Assembly: GCA_013115125.1 (NCBI GenBank)
Contig: JABANN010000243.1
Location: 1-48,154 of the forward strand
Length of the DNA: 48,154 nucleotides
Direction of reading: 5' to 3'
DNA from: Perkinsus olseni
Taxonomy: Eukaryota
Part shown: positions 35,501 through 46,600 of the stretch, one piece after another
How the letters are laid out: each line of letters opens with the position of its first letter
Position numbering within the stretch: the first letter of the stretch is position 1
Position numbers and translations under genes: made by a program
Notes under the pieces: generated by a model
What the model was told of the DNA's origin: nothing
What the model saw: the letters and a program-made list of their open reading frames with translations, nothing else
The model's database searches: none

Positions 35501-37027
35501 TCCGTCGATTTTGGCGGCTTTTCCCGGGCGTAGTTTGTGTGTCTCAGATCATGGCTATCGCCTCGTCAATGGTCACCGATATTGAAACCTTCGTCGGAGC
35601 GCTTTGGATATGCCTCTTCGCCGGCGGCTCACTGATGCCTATATGCGTCGGGGTAAGCTTAGCGCTCGCCCGGATGATCGATTTATGGGACGATGGGGCT
35701 TGTAGAGATCCGTGGTTGAGGGACTCGTCACTGCTAGGTGACTGCATCTTGCAATCTTGCGATTTCTCAACGCGTGTGCCTTTTACGAGGAATGATAGGC
35801 TCGCGAGGAATATAAGGCTCGAGGCTGTCGAGTACTCCGGATCGTTCTTGCTCCTTGAAGATTGTTGGTAATTGTTTATGATTCTTTTACGAATTTTTAT
35901 GATTTCTTCCGATTTTTCGCGTTCTTTACATTTTTTTCGTGTTCTTACATGATTTTTTTACGATCGTTATCCGTGAATGTTCATGGCCGTTCGTATTTGT
36001 TTATGATTCTCTCACGATTTTCTATGATTTTTTTTCATTTTTTCGTATTTTTTTTGTTCTTCTATGTTTCTTCATGATTGTTATTCATGAATTTTTACGC
36101 TTTAGGTGCTCATGACCACCGTACCAGCCTACATGCGCTCCTTCAGCTCCGCATTCTCGATGCTCATATACAACTTGTTTGGCTATTTCTTAGCGCCTTT
36201 CCTGTCCGGCGTTGTGATGGATCGATTCGGGTAAGTCTGCGTCACGCGAGTTTGACCGGCGACCGTATCCATCAACATCAGGAGCCCGGCAAGCCTGGAG
36301 GGGTCCACGCAGGCGTTGGTGTACGGCTGGCGTCTGGTTACTTGGTGGTCCCTGTTCGGGGTTGGCTTTTACACGATAGGCTTCTTTACAGCAGAGTACA
36401 AGAGCAAGTATCGACGTCCGAGGGTGGACAGCCATAGACAGCCTTATCATCCAGAGAGCCTGGTAGGGGAGACTTTCTTTCAGTATGAGTTGCGGAAGGT
36501 GTGGTATGAGTTCTATTGCGTTAATTTTTGACATGATTCTTCTCAGCGCACAGCAAAGATTTTCTTTGTCTAGGTGACACCCGACTTCGGGAGCTATGAT
36601 TTGGCGCGGCAAGCTACAGCCAGAGAAGGAGAACCGCCGGGTAAGTGTTGAGAAAAAGTTGGTATCTCTTCTTTCGGCCGGGTTGTTCATGCGGGGCTCA
36701 AAACTCTATAAGGTTGCATTGGTCGGTAGATGTGCAGCAAGCTTCTCTGCAATCACCGTGACCGCGCGCCTCGAAATTCACCGAAATCAGAAAGGGGTGT
36801 TCAAAACACTACTGCCTCTCCTGGCTTCCAGCAGCGCTCCCAGGATTGAATTTAACGTGTAAAAGATGATCCTGGGAGGGCTGTTGAAGCTGGGGAGAGG
36901 CAGCGGTCTTTCGAACGTGCAGGCGTGTCATTGTCGTATCCTTGTGAAGGCTACAAATACAAAAAAATCCTATTTTTTGATCTTCACGACATCCTCTTTT
37001 TTTCTTTACTCGGTCATAAGATCATGA
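29524..37027 (+). CDS. Major facilitator superfamily transporter (Spinster-like), many exons
   Basis: Exons LLLNFDHGAVPAALVDIAEEMKLNFTEQ|SLLGALVFAGLTVGSPVAGYVLQRY, VPVWVDEFAP, FALCALYFVVTGIQYW, TVVSSTAPTLG, GGWSCDKLGGYKG, LWICLFAGGSLMP, YNLFGYFLAPFLSG, GWRLVTWWSLFG. Start and last exon tentative. Confidence 0.88.
35875..36100. repeat. Degenerate T-rich low-complexity tract (tttttatgat-like units) in an MFS intron
   Basis: Repeated ttt(t)atgatt and ttttttcgt words. Confidence 0.7.
36794..36916. repeat. Intronic hairpin element, copy 2
   Basis: Arms gttcaaaa..ctgcctctcctggcttc..ctcccaggat / atcctgggag..gaagctggggagaggcag..tttcgaac around the same loop as 4704-4806. Ends just before the inferred acceptor at 36922. 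Confidence 0.85.
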
Positions 37028-37784
37028 CAACTATTTTCACATAAATATTATGATCATGATCTTTTTCATTTGCATTCGTTACATTGGTCTTCTTGATGTA
37101 TTTCCGTGTTCAGCGAATGGCTTCTTTTTCCTCGACTGTAGCGACCGGTGAACTTATTTTCAGAAACACCAGAGTCCGGTACTTCGACTTCCTCGCAGCC
37201 TGAGGTCCCCACTCGTGACGAGATCTCGTAAGTGGAAAGTTCCGGTTGGTGTGGTATGGAGTTATCCGATTTGTCAGATATGAGGTTGCTCGGCAGCGCA
37301 TCGGCACGGCGGGAATTTAGATACCAATACTTGCTCATTCACGCACTATCATTGTACCATTACTTTTTTCTCCGACCCAGCGCCAGCGCGTTGGCACGTG
37401 AAAAATTGCAGCAGCACCGGCGAACAGAGAACCGCTTTCGTGTTGCGTTCAAGGGGATCTTTGACTGTGGAAAGAGGGCTTAGTGAAATGATTGGCGGTT
37501 GTGTTGCTTGTGGGAAGGTGATGGGAATTTTCCTATCTGAGGGAGCTGGAGTTGAGTGTGATTTGGGGGAAATGTGGTATGTGTTCTGGGATCAATCGAC
37601 CGTTTCACAAGCGATCACCGAGGCTCACTTTTGGCACAAAAACACCCGATGGCTATGCGGTGCATGAACACTGGTTTTCCTCTTTTCGAGAGGGACCAAA
37701 CACTCTCGTGACTTTTTTCATCAATACCGTTGTTTTTCACCTCAGGTGTGTTTTTCCCGTAATTTTCCAGCGAATTTTTCGGTC

Positions 37785-40444
37785 ATGAAAATAAATGAAG
37801 ACGTAAAAATTGAGGGAAAACGGTGCATTCTGGTACCGTACAAACGGGAGATGGTAAACTAACTTTAGGTGGTTATTAGGGAGCTTCAATGAAGTCAGGT
37901 CGAGACGTATCACTCCTGGATGGCGAACTCAGAGCAGCTGCGTGAGGATACGGAAAGCGAGCTGTTGACCCCTGAAGAAGAGTGCGTTCGGGACGGAAGC
38001 TTCGAGCGTCCACGGTTAGAGTGGATGTTGCCAGGAGGGGAAGAGATGGTCTGGTCTGCTCCTTCTGCTCGAAAATCCCGGTTTACCGTCCGCGAATTCG
38101 CTTAACATTGGGAATAGAGCTCGTGTCGCGAATCGATCAGCCGGGGAGAAGGCACTTCTGCCTGGCGACCCCCAACGTTACGATCGATTCGAGACCGGGC
38201 TCTACTGCCCGCTCGTTGTGGCAGCGTTCGAGCGTGTAACTGAATATCGCAACACAGAGCTCATCGTTAAGTTGGTAGAACATCGGTACCAAGTGTAACT
38301 ACGCCGGCGACGGCGTCGGACTTTAAGCTAACACACACACGGTGTTCTCGTTCTGAGCTTGACGATGTGTCTTCTGCGAGTGCGAGGAGCCACTCGTTTG
38401 CGTAGCTTGAATCCCTAGAGAATAGAAGAATCTTAGCTCGCCAATTGAAGCCTGACTTACCTAGGAAATCAGACTGGGAAGTTCACGCCAGAATGAAGCG
38501 GCTGGTGCTGGTGTTGCTTACGCACCGTCTGTGAGTATCTCGTGGTCGTTTTAACTTGGTTGTGGGAGGTGGCGTGAATCTTGGCGCGCCAAGATACTCA
38601 TAATCGATCAGCCGCTTCACGCTTCACGGCCTCTGTGGCTTGGCCGTGGTGATTAGTCTCAGAACCTGTGCTGTGTTCGTTGCTAAACTCCGCTGTTTCC
38701 CGTTTAGTGTATAAGCCTTCTTCCGTTCCGCCTGGCCTCGCGTTTTGACTCTCTGATGGAGGCCTTCAGAAGTAGCATTTCTCGGTAGGTATGAGATGCA
38801 AGCATCCTGGCATGATGACGACGATAAGCTCATCTTCATCGTTTTGGACAAGTCACGGGAAGCCGACCCACGACGTGGGAGAGTCGCTGCTGGTGAGAAG
38901 TACTTCATTCTCCGCTAGTTAAGTTGACGATAACTCTCGTGTATTATGAAGCTTGGTTGTGGTACTGTCATTCTTGCACGTGAAATTTTCTCCCCTGTTA
39001 AACTTGGACTTGGCATTGACATTCTTGGTCTTAACAAATTCGACACGTGTAATTTGGGTGTTTAGCTTCGAACTCGCTTGTGACATTGTCCTTGTCTGTT
39101 CACTTGCCAAACTTACACGGGAAATGGTTTAGTCAGCCGTCGTGTCTACGTCTGCCACCACCCGTTGTCATTTGCGGTGGTTTGTAGTTCAACGCCGGTT
39201 CCTGCGTAGTGAGACTCTCGCCGACGTACTCTGCTAGGGGCTCTCTGTAGTGATTGGTCCGCAGTGTGATGGTTCGTGAAGAGGCTCTTCCGAGGGGTAT
39301 ATTTTGCTGTGGTGCTGTTACTGACAATATAGAATTCGTAGGAGCAGCACTCAGATCGCAGTATGCTCTTGTTGTGACTGGTTTAGTGGGATGCCAAAAA
39401 CTGCTAGCTCGTCGACCAGATTTAGCTGTCGTGCTGTTTCTGACAGTAGGGAGATTGTAATACTCGTCTGAATCCTTCAAGAGAATCTTAGATGAGTATG
39501 AGGGATTCTGTAGGGGGTTGTTTAGGTCACAGGAGGGCCTCGTTGTGACTGGTATAAAAGAATTAAAAGACCGCTACCTCCTCAAGTGCATGAGAATGAT
39601 CAGTCGTTCACACTACATATTGTACCTGATACAATATGATACAATGTATCATTTTCGCAGGCGGAGCGATGTGCGGTGATGTTGGCTGTTTCATATCGGA
39701 AGTTGAAGATGAAGATCATCCTGGCAAGACTATCAAAGGTGACATGGCAGCTGCTGCCTGCTGCCTTATTCTGCTCGCCTAGGAAACGCTTAGTGGATGC
39801 CTCAGCGTCTTGTTTACTCGCTGTATTATCAGGGGGATTCAAGAGGGGAACAGGAAGCAAAAATCCCTTGTTAGCTCAGTTGCTAATTTAGCGTCTCTGA
39901 AACCCTGAGGATAAAAAGTAATACATCAAAAAAACGAATCTAAATAATAAAAAGTACGCAATAACAACGAATCTAGATTAAGATTATGCTGGGCAGGTGG
40001 ATAGTATCGTTACTCGTTGTCTGTCTCAGAAGCAGAGGTCTCTGTGATGACCGCAGTGCCCTGCAGTAGACGAAAAGGGATAGCAAGAGAGGCCGTGACA
40101 CTTGTGGAGGAGTACTGTCGAACGGCCCTCGGCGTCGATAGGTGAGGACGCGAACTTGGAGTGGCTGGGGTTGAGTTCGGAAGCGGTGGAGTTTATACAG
40201 TCCAGTCGAAGAAAGCTGTCCAGAGCGGATTCAAACCGCCTAGCTTGCGAATTTCGAAGCGCCGCTGGGCTAACTAGCACACAGATTTGTATTACAAAGA
40301 GTTTTACTCCTTGGGTATGGCAGGTTCATAGCGAAGATTCGGTTGTCGAACAAAGCATCTCGAGTGATGTTCGGCTCGCTTGGGTATACTGAAGTTAAGA
40401 TCGTCGATTGCTTTGGCGAAGTTCACTGCTTGAAGACCTTCTAG
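37785..40444 (+). CDS. NAT9: N-acetyltransferase 9-like GNAT protein
   Basis: MKINEDVKIEGKRCILVPYKREM|VETYHSWMANSEQLREDTESELLTPEEE|YEMQASWHDDDDKLIFIVLD...|GAMCGDVGCF...|EAEVSVMTAVPCSRRKGIAREAV...|FIAKIRLSNKASRVMFGSLGYTEVKIVDCFGEVHCLKTF* follows the NAT9 consensus throughout. Confidence 0.92.
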
Positions 40445-41077
40445 TCCTACTGCGGACTGACTCTTCGTCTTTCTCGCTCGCCCTGTGTTGATTGAGACTT
40501 CATCGTCCTCGATGCGATTGAAGTATACGTTAAATTGGAAAGAGCAGCAGCAGCCACGACAGGAGCGAGAGAGCGGGACAATCAGTTGTGTGCTGTTCCC
40601 CTCACAGTGTGTTTAGTTTCTTTGCGAAAGATGCGTCGTAGTGTTTTTAATGTACCGATACGCGAAGTGTCTGGTGATAAAATCTCCGGTATTGGTCCGT
40701 GCCCATCCACGCAGATCCCTGGGGCGTGACGTGTGTTGAGCATTGAGTAACCTTAACAGTAAACGCAAGTCATCGGACATAGTCTCAGTAGATCTTCACA
40801 GTTCCAAAGACGCCTGAATCATATTGAGCTTACATTGAGACTTCCTTCTTTCAATTCTTCATATGTTCATGCGTGCTACTAGCGATAAAAGTACCGCAAG
40901 TTTCCAAGTTCCGGCAACGAGTTGCAACACGTGGATCTCGCCTGAATGAGCACGCGTGCACCACCCACTCGGCGATCCGTTGGCTCTGGCAAATACTTGG
41001 CGGGGATTTTATTGACTTGAGTAAACCGCGCCCGCGGAGCTCGGACGAGATCAAGTTGAGTATCTTTACCACCGGGA

Positions 41078-42131
41078 ATGGCGGAACTCGATCACATTGT
41101 CGTAGCGGTGGAAAATCTTGAAGACTCGATAGGAGCCTTCGTGGAAGCTACAGGTGTCCGCCCTGTTGTTGGTGGAAGTCACGGCGGCAGAGGTAGCAAA
41201 AACGCTTCGAAAAGGTATTCTCTCATGGAACTACAGTGACCCTTGTTCTTCTCAGGCACTCGGAATGCACTGCTAGCTCTCGGGCCGCAACTCTATCTGG
41301 AGCTGCTGGCGCGTGATCATTCCCAGGCTAACGGCGAACACCCAGCGTGGCTCGGAGCGATGGACTGTAAGTTGAGAATGGTCACTGGAGAATCTCGTCC
41401 CTTATTGTCGATACATTTGCCTGTCCCCGTGAGTGCTATTGTGTTGGCTGAGCTACGATGTTTCTGTCGCAGTTCTGCGTTGGCATGATAAGTTCACGTT
41501 TCGCTTGTTGAACTAAAAAAACATGGAAGGCTACATTTAGTATCCCAGCTAACTCGATAGTGAGGTCTTTGCAGGCTCAGCATGCGATTCGCTTCCCAGT
41601 GGCAAGTTTACACGATATGTATCTACCTCTCCGCCCGGCGTGTCGTCCCCGTGACGCTGTTGGACACTATGATGTTGAATCCCGTTCGTAGGAGTCTGCG
41701 TCGCTCACGCACACTCAGGCGGCACATTTGCTCGATCGGTGTGAATCAGTAAAGATTCTCTCGTTTCTGTTAATCCCTCTGGGGCCTCCTGGATCCTCGG
41801 GCAAGCTTTCCTTTGTTTCTATCCTACCCGGGGTGGCGGGTGCGTTGTTGAATTCGGGCCCTAGTTTCTTTCTCACTGTGAATCGCCAAGCTTGTTCACC
41901 GGTTGGACTTGCACCCGCTGCGTGATGTGCATCGTGACATTGTGTTATCGGCGTAGATTCGCCTGGCCTCGGTCGCCTCACAACGTTCTGTGTGAGAGTC
42001 CCGTCCGAGGATGTCGACGATCGTTTCAAACACTGCTCCAGGAGGAAGGTGGATGCATCGGTGAGTCACGCTTCGCTGTATCTTCAGCGAACAGAAGTCA
42101 GTCCGTCTGTATCTTTCGATCACAAGTTTGA
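41078..42131 (+). CDS. Glyoxalase-like (VOC, Glyoxalase_3 type) protein, multi-exon
   Basis: MAELDHIVVAVENLEDSIGAFVEATGVRPVVGGSHGGR|GTRNALLALGPQLYLELLARD matches the LDH...GGxH..GTxNAL...YLELI signature. 3' exons not resolved. Confidence 0.8.
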
Positions 42132-42399
42132 CAATCTTTATGATGCTACATAATTTCAATTTGATTTGGCAAATCTGTAACGTGCCTGATTTTCGCTCGC
42201 CCACCTATCAGCGTCCAGTCATGAAGCGCGTTTGATTATCTTGCAATTTTTATATATTGTCATTATGCATAATACGTTCTTTACAGCGCTGGTAAAATCA
42301 CAATGTGGGGCAGGGTAGTTCCTAAAATCCGAGAGAAAAGTACAGATTTGAAGGAAAGCATCTATGGGGATCTGCTTGCCTCAACAAACAGCTCCGGGA

Positions 42400-43000
42400 T
42401 CTAGTTTCTCTCTCGGGCTTTCCGTTACTGCCTTCACCCGCGATCCAGGGGTTTTTGTTGTTGCATTTTTGTCGACTGCCGCGCGGGGTTCCTTGGATTT
42501 GGGCCTCCACCCATCCGAATGATCGTCATGACTACCGGTGGCCCTGAAACTTGCTCTGATGATGTGTTCCGCTCCGCCAGGTTCTTGAATGGCAAGTGGA
42601 TGCTTCAGATCACGAGCATGCTCACGTAGCTCGGCTGCCGCAAGAAGGCACCTCGCCATTCCGCGTGAGCTGGTGTGGCTCGGAGCACCCCGCTGCTGGC
42701 GCTCCTAAGGGGTGAGTCTGATGCCATACCAACTTTCCCGAGAATCACGGTGAAGACTACCGCTCCCCGTTCGAGGCCCAAAGCTTTAGTATCGGTCCTC
42801 GCTCTCTGAACAGTCCTATGCGGGATTTTTTCCGCGAAAAAACTTGATCGGAAAAGAAGGCTATTTTCGACCTCATCTCCGATACGACGCCAGGGCTGAA
42901 CTTTCCCAACTTCACATCGTATGGCGGATCAGGTGCGAGCTGCCTTTGCTGGAGCGCGTCGCAGTTCTGCCTGAGGGAGGAGAGAAAACGGAATCGATCT
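42400..43000 (-). CDS. Possible small multi-exon hypothetical gene
   Basis: Open segments with GT/AG boundaries on the minus strand; no motif recognised. Confidence 0.2.
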
Positions 43001-43683
43001 ACGTGGACGGGATGTTTTCGTTGAACACGTGAGTCCGAGGCATGCTGATGAAAGCTCTCACTGGCCTCTTCGTTTTTAGAGCTTTCACCCCCCAAACGCC
43101 GCTAGGATCGAAACTCCGACTCCGAGCCACTTTGAAGACCCCGCGCGGAAGCCTTGTTCTTCAATGATTTTTTTGCAAGTTTTTAAGAGCTTCCCGTTTA
43201 TCGGTTTGCTGGCTGGTCGTGTTCGCTCGAGGCCTCTCTTTGGGGCCTCGGCTATGTGGTGCCTGTTGTTATTTTGAGGCTTTCGACGGCGCTGGCTGAA
43301 TCTCATCAGTGTCGGTTTTTGCTCGCAATCCCGGTCGAAAATAACTAAATCTGAATCGGATGCTGTGATGGAGTATTATATCACAGTCTTTATGAGTAGC
43401 CTTATGACTAGTTGTATGTGTACAGCATATTGCGCAGCAGTGATCTATTCTTTCATAGCGTAGACAACTGTTGCACGCACATACATAAGGTGCGACTCTT
43501 ACTCCTTCGGGGCCTAGCGTTACCAGTGGTCAGCTTGACGGCTACCCAAAACGTTACATCTCCTCTGATGGAAATGTCTGGAAGTACGATGAGTACGAAA
43601 ATTACGATGCGAATTTCACGAATTTTGCGATGTGAAATTTGTGTTCTTTCACTAGTGTTTTTCATATCGCGGGTGGAACTCCA

Positions 43684-46600
43684 ATGAGAATCTTCATCAA
43701 CAACGCTGATACTTATGTTGGGAATGCTCTATGTGCTGACCTCCAGAAGATCCTCGAGACGCCTACTAGGATCTATGCCACAGTGAAGGGAGGAGACGAT
43801 TGCCAGGTTAGCGGGCAGGGTCTTTATGTCCATGCTCGTATATGTGCTCAGGTACCACCGCCGGTGAGGAGGATAGTGTCTCGTAGAGACCAGTCGAACG
43901 TCCTGAAGGCGGTCTCTCAGTCTCATCTGGCTGTGTAGGCTCGACCTTCTCTTCCGATGCTTTGATATCCGCGCTAGGTTCGACCTCCATAGCAGTGATC
44001 TCGCGGAAGTTGATTTCATATTGAGACGCCTGAAGTCCCAACCCTTGGATCAGCAGCTGGTGGCGTGTCTCCTTTTCTAACCTCTCCAGCGCATGCTCGA
44101 CCAGGTACTGGTTTTGATCTCCAGTGTGATGGTGTGGGCGAGAACTAAGCCGAACAGTGTAGGCAGCCCTCTGCGGACTGCAGGACAGGCGGAGAGATTG
44201 TTAGGTTGATGAGAGCGTCGGTGATGGCTTAGTGCCCGAGACAGCGAGTGAAAACGCTTCTGACGCGGAGGAGCTGCAGAGTTCTGAAACTGCGGTGAGT
44301 AGGGGACGCTGGTCGACGATTGTTATCACCCTAGCCCGACATGAGTGATACTGATAGGAAGCCTGGCCTTCATAGATAGAGCAGAAAGAAATCCTACTAG
44401 CGTTAGGAAACAGGTGAATTGTGTGCTCATACAATCACAGTACCACACCTCCCAGAAATCCTGCGTGCTCCTGACCGCGGGGTGACTGTTATCAGTCCAA
44501 ACCCGACATAAGTGATACTGATAGAAGCCTGGTATTTTTGGATACAGTAGAAGTAAATACTACCAGGGGATCGTGTGCTCCCATTATCACACCGCCACAC
44601 TCTGCATCGCCCGAGAGCTGACCGTGTGTGGAGGTACTCACGGACGCCGACTGGCGCAGGCGGGTGCCGTCAAGTCGCTATAGGAGCTGGAAGAAGCTGG
44701 AGACCTTGGCCTTATCACTAAATTCCTTGGACAGCATCAACGCGTGAGTACCGGGGAGCGCGTGGAGTGTTGTTTTTCCCTTCCTCGTAGCGTTCCTGAG
44801 TCGGGGGCCCTGACCGCGCAAAGCAATGGCTGTTTTTTTCATGCGTTCTGAATTTCTGTCGAATTTTCCCGACTTTCTGAGTCTCTAGGTACGTTGTTTG
44901 CTCCGGTGTGCTTTACGGAAACGGAGAGCTGACCTTGTAAGGCGAGGAGCCCGCTGAGCGTGGGGGTATCTCTGCCTGGTGGTGGTCAGTTATGACGACT
45001 TCCGTGCGGCCTGGCTCGGAGAGGTTACCCACCGTATCATCGGTGATGGCGAGAACATTATACCAACGCTCCATGTGAGTCACTCTGACTCGCCTGGCTG
45101 GGTCACCTAGCTCTACCGACTTCTCCGGTGACCGGTCACTAGCTCGGACGGGCTTCGAGGCCCGTCCAAGTAGGGAGCGCCTGTGATGGTGAGCCTGGGG
45201 CGCGCGCGAGATGGCAACTATCCGTCGATCGTTCCTGGTTGTCCACTGTGATTGCCTCGCTTGTGCTTTCGGAATCTAGAGTACTCGTTATCGGAGCTGA
45301 ACAGTCACCTCGGTCCTGTCGTCCCCCATTCTCCTCATGGGGATGGAACCAGTGCAGGGTGCCCTCTCAGGTGCGCGACCTAGCCCGTTGCGTGAGGCAC
45401 CTGTCAGCAGCCACCGAGGAGCAATCGTGAGTCCCTCTGGAGAGCACACGCGCAGTACACCCTCGGTCAGTTACGTCATAGCGGTTGATGACGGTCTTAA
45501 TAAACAGAAAGAGATTCTCACGGCTATCGTGAATCATCTAGGTGAGAGGAGGCTTGAGTACAGCTCATAACGAGGGGCTGCAGGTACTGGCGTCGAGGTT
45601 CCCAAGATCTCCTATGACCAAGCGGTAGCCTGTCTTGATGAGCGCGAAGTAAGTCACTAAAAATGGAAGCACTCTTTACTTCGCCCGCTTCCCAACTTTC
45701 CTAAATTCTTGAAAAGATGGGAAAAATTTATTTTTTCCTCGCGCCACTGGCGTTACCTCGAGTAACGTCGGAACGTGGCATGGGCGTTTTCAATGAGGGG
45801 TCATCTCCTGTGGAAATCAGTAAGAATCAGGCTGATTCAATCAGCATGATGATCATCTCTTGCTGGGGAAGGTTCGGGGCGTCGTAGCTGTCACCAGCGT
45901 AGGAGTGTAACCACTGCGCTTCGCAAGAGCGCACGGTGACGAAAGCTTCTTGACGAGCTATCTGGTTGCACTGCATATCAACACACGCAACTGAGCACAT
46001 CGGTGAGAGTCTAACTAGGCCGGAACCGGCGATGGGCTATAAACCCACAGACACGGAGACCATCATTGCCAGATGGCGATGAGCCCGAAAGAGCGAAAAC
46101 CCGCATGATCGGTGTTCGGTATCCCTCTTCTCTCTCGACAGGCTTTCCTGCTTGACGTGCGTCTTCAAGCCTCTGATTTCCTCCATCACCCTGAGTTCAC
46201 CTGGTGGAGTAAGGATGGCCCCGTCGCTGCCGTCGACAAGCTCATTAACGAGTATCCACAGCAGTCATCTCACGATCGTCAACCCTCCCATTTAGATTCT
46301 GTGCCTGGAGGAACTTGCGACCACTTAAACTCGTTCTGATCGGTCCACCAGCTTCGGGTAAAACCTTTTACGCGGCGAAGATAGCCGAGAGGTAGGCAAA
46401 AAGTCTGCCCGCTGGAGAAGCCTTTTGATCAGCTATCGTCTCGTTCACATTACGGTGGGGCCTGTCGTCCAGGAGGCGTTGGCCCGCGGGAAGAAGGTGA
46501 AGGCAATGGTCGATCCAGAAGCGCAGGAGAGCGATGCAGAACCGGTGGATGTCGAGTCCCTGGACGACAGAGACAGGCAGGAAGACTTCCGTGATGGACC

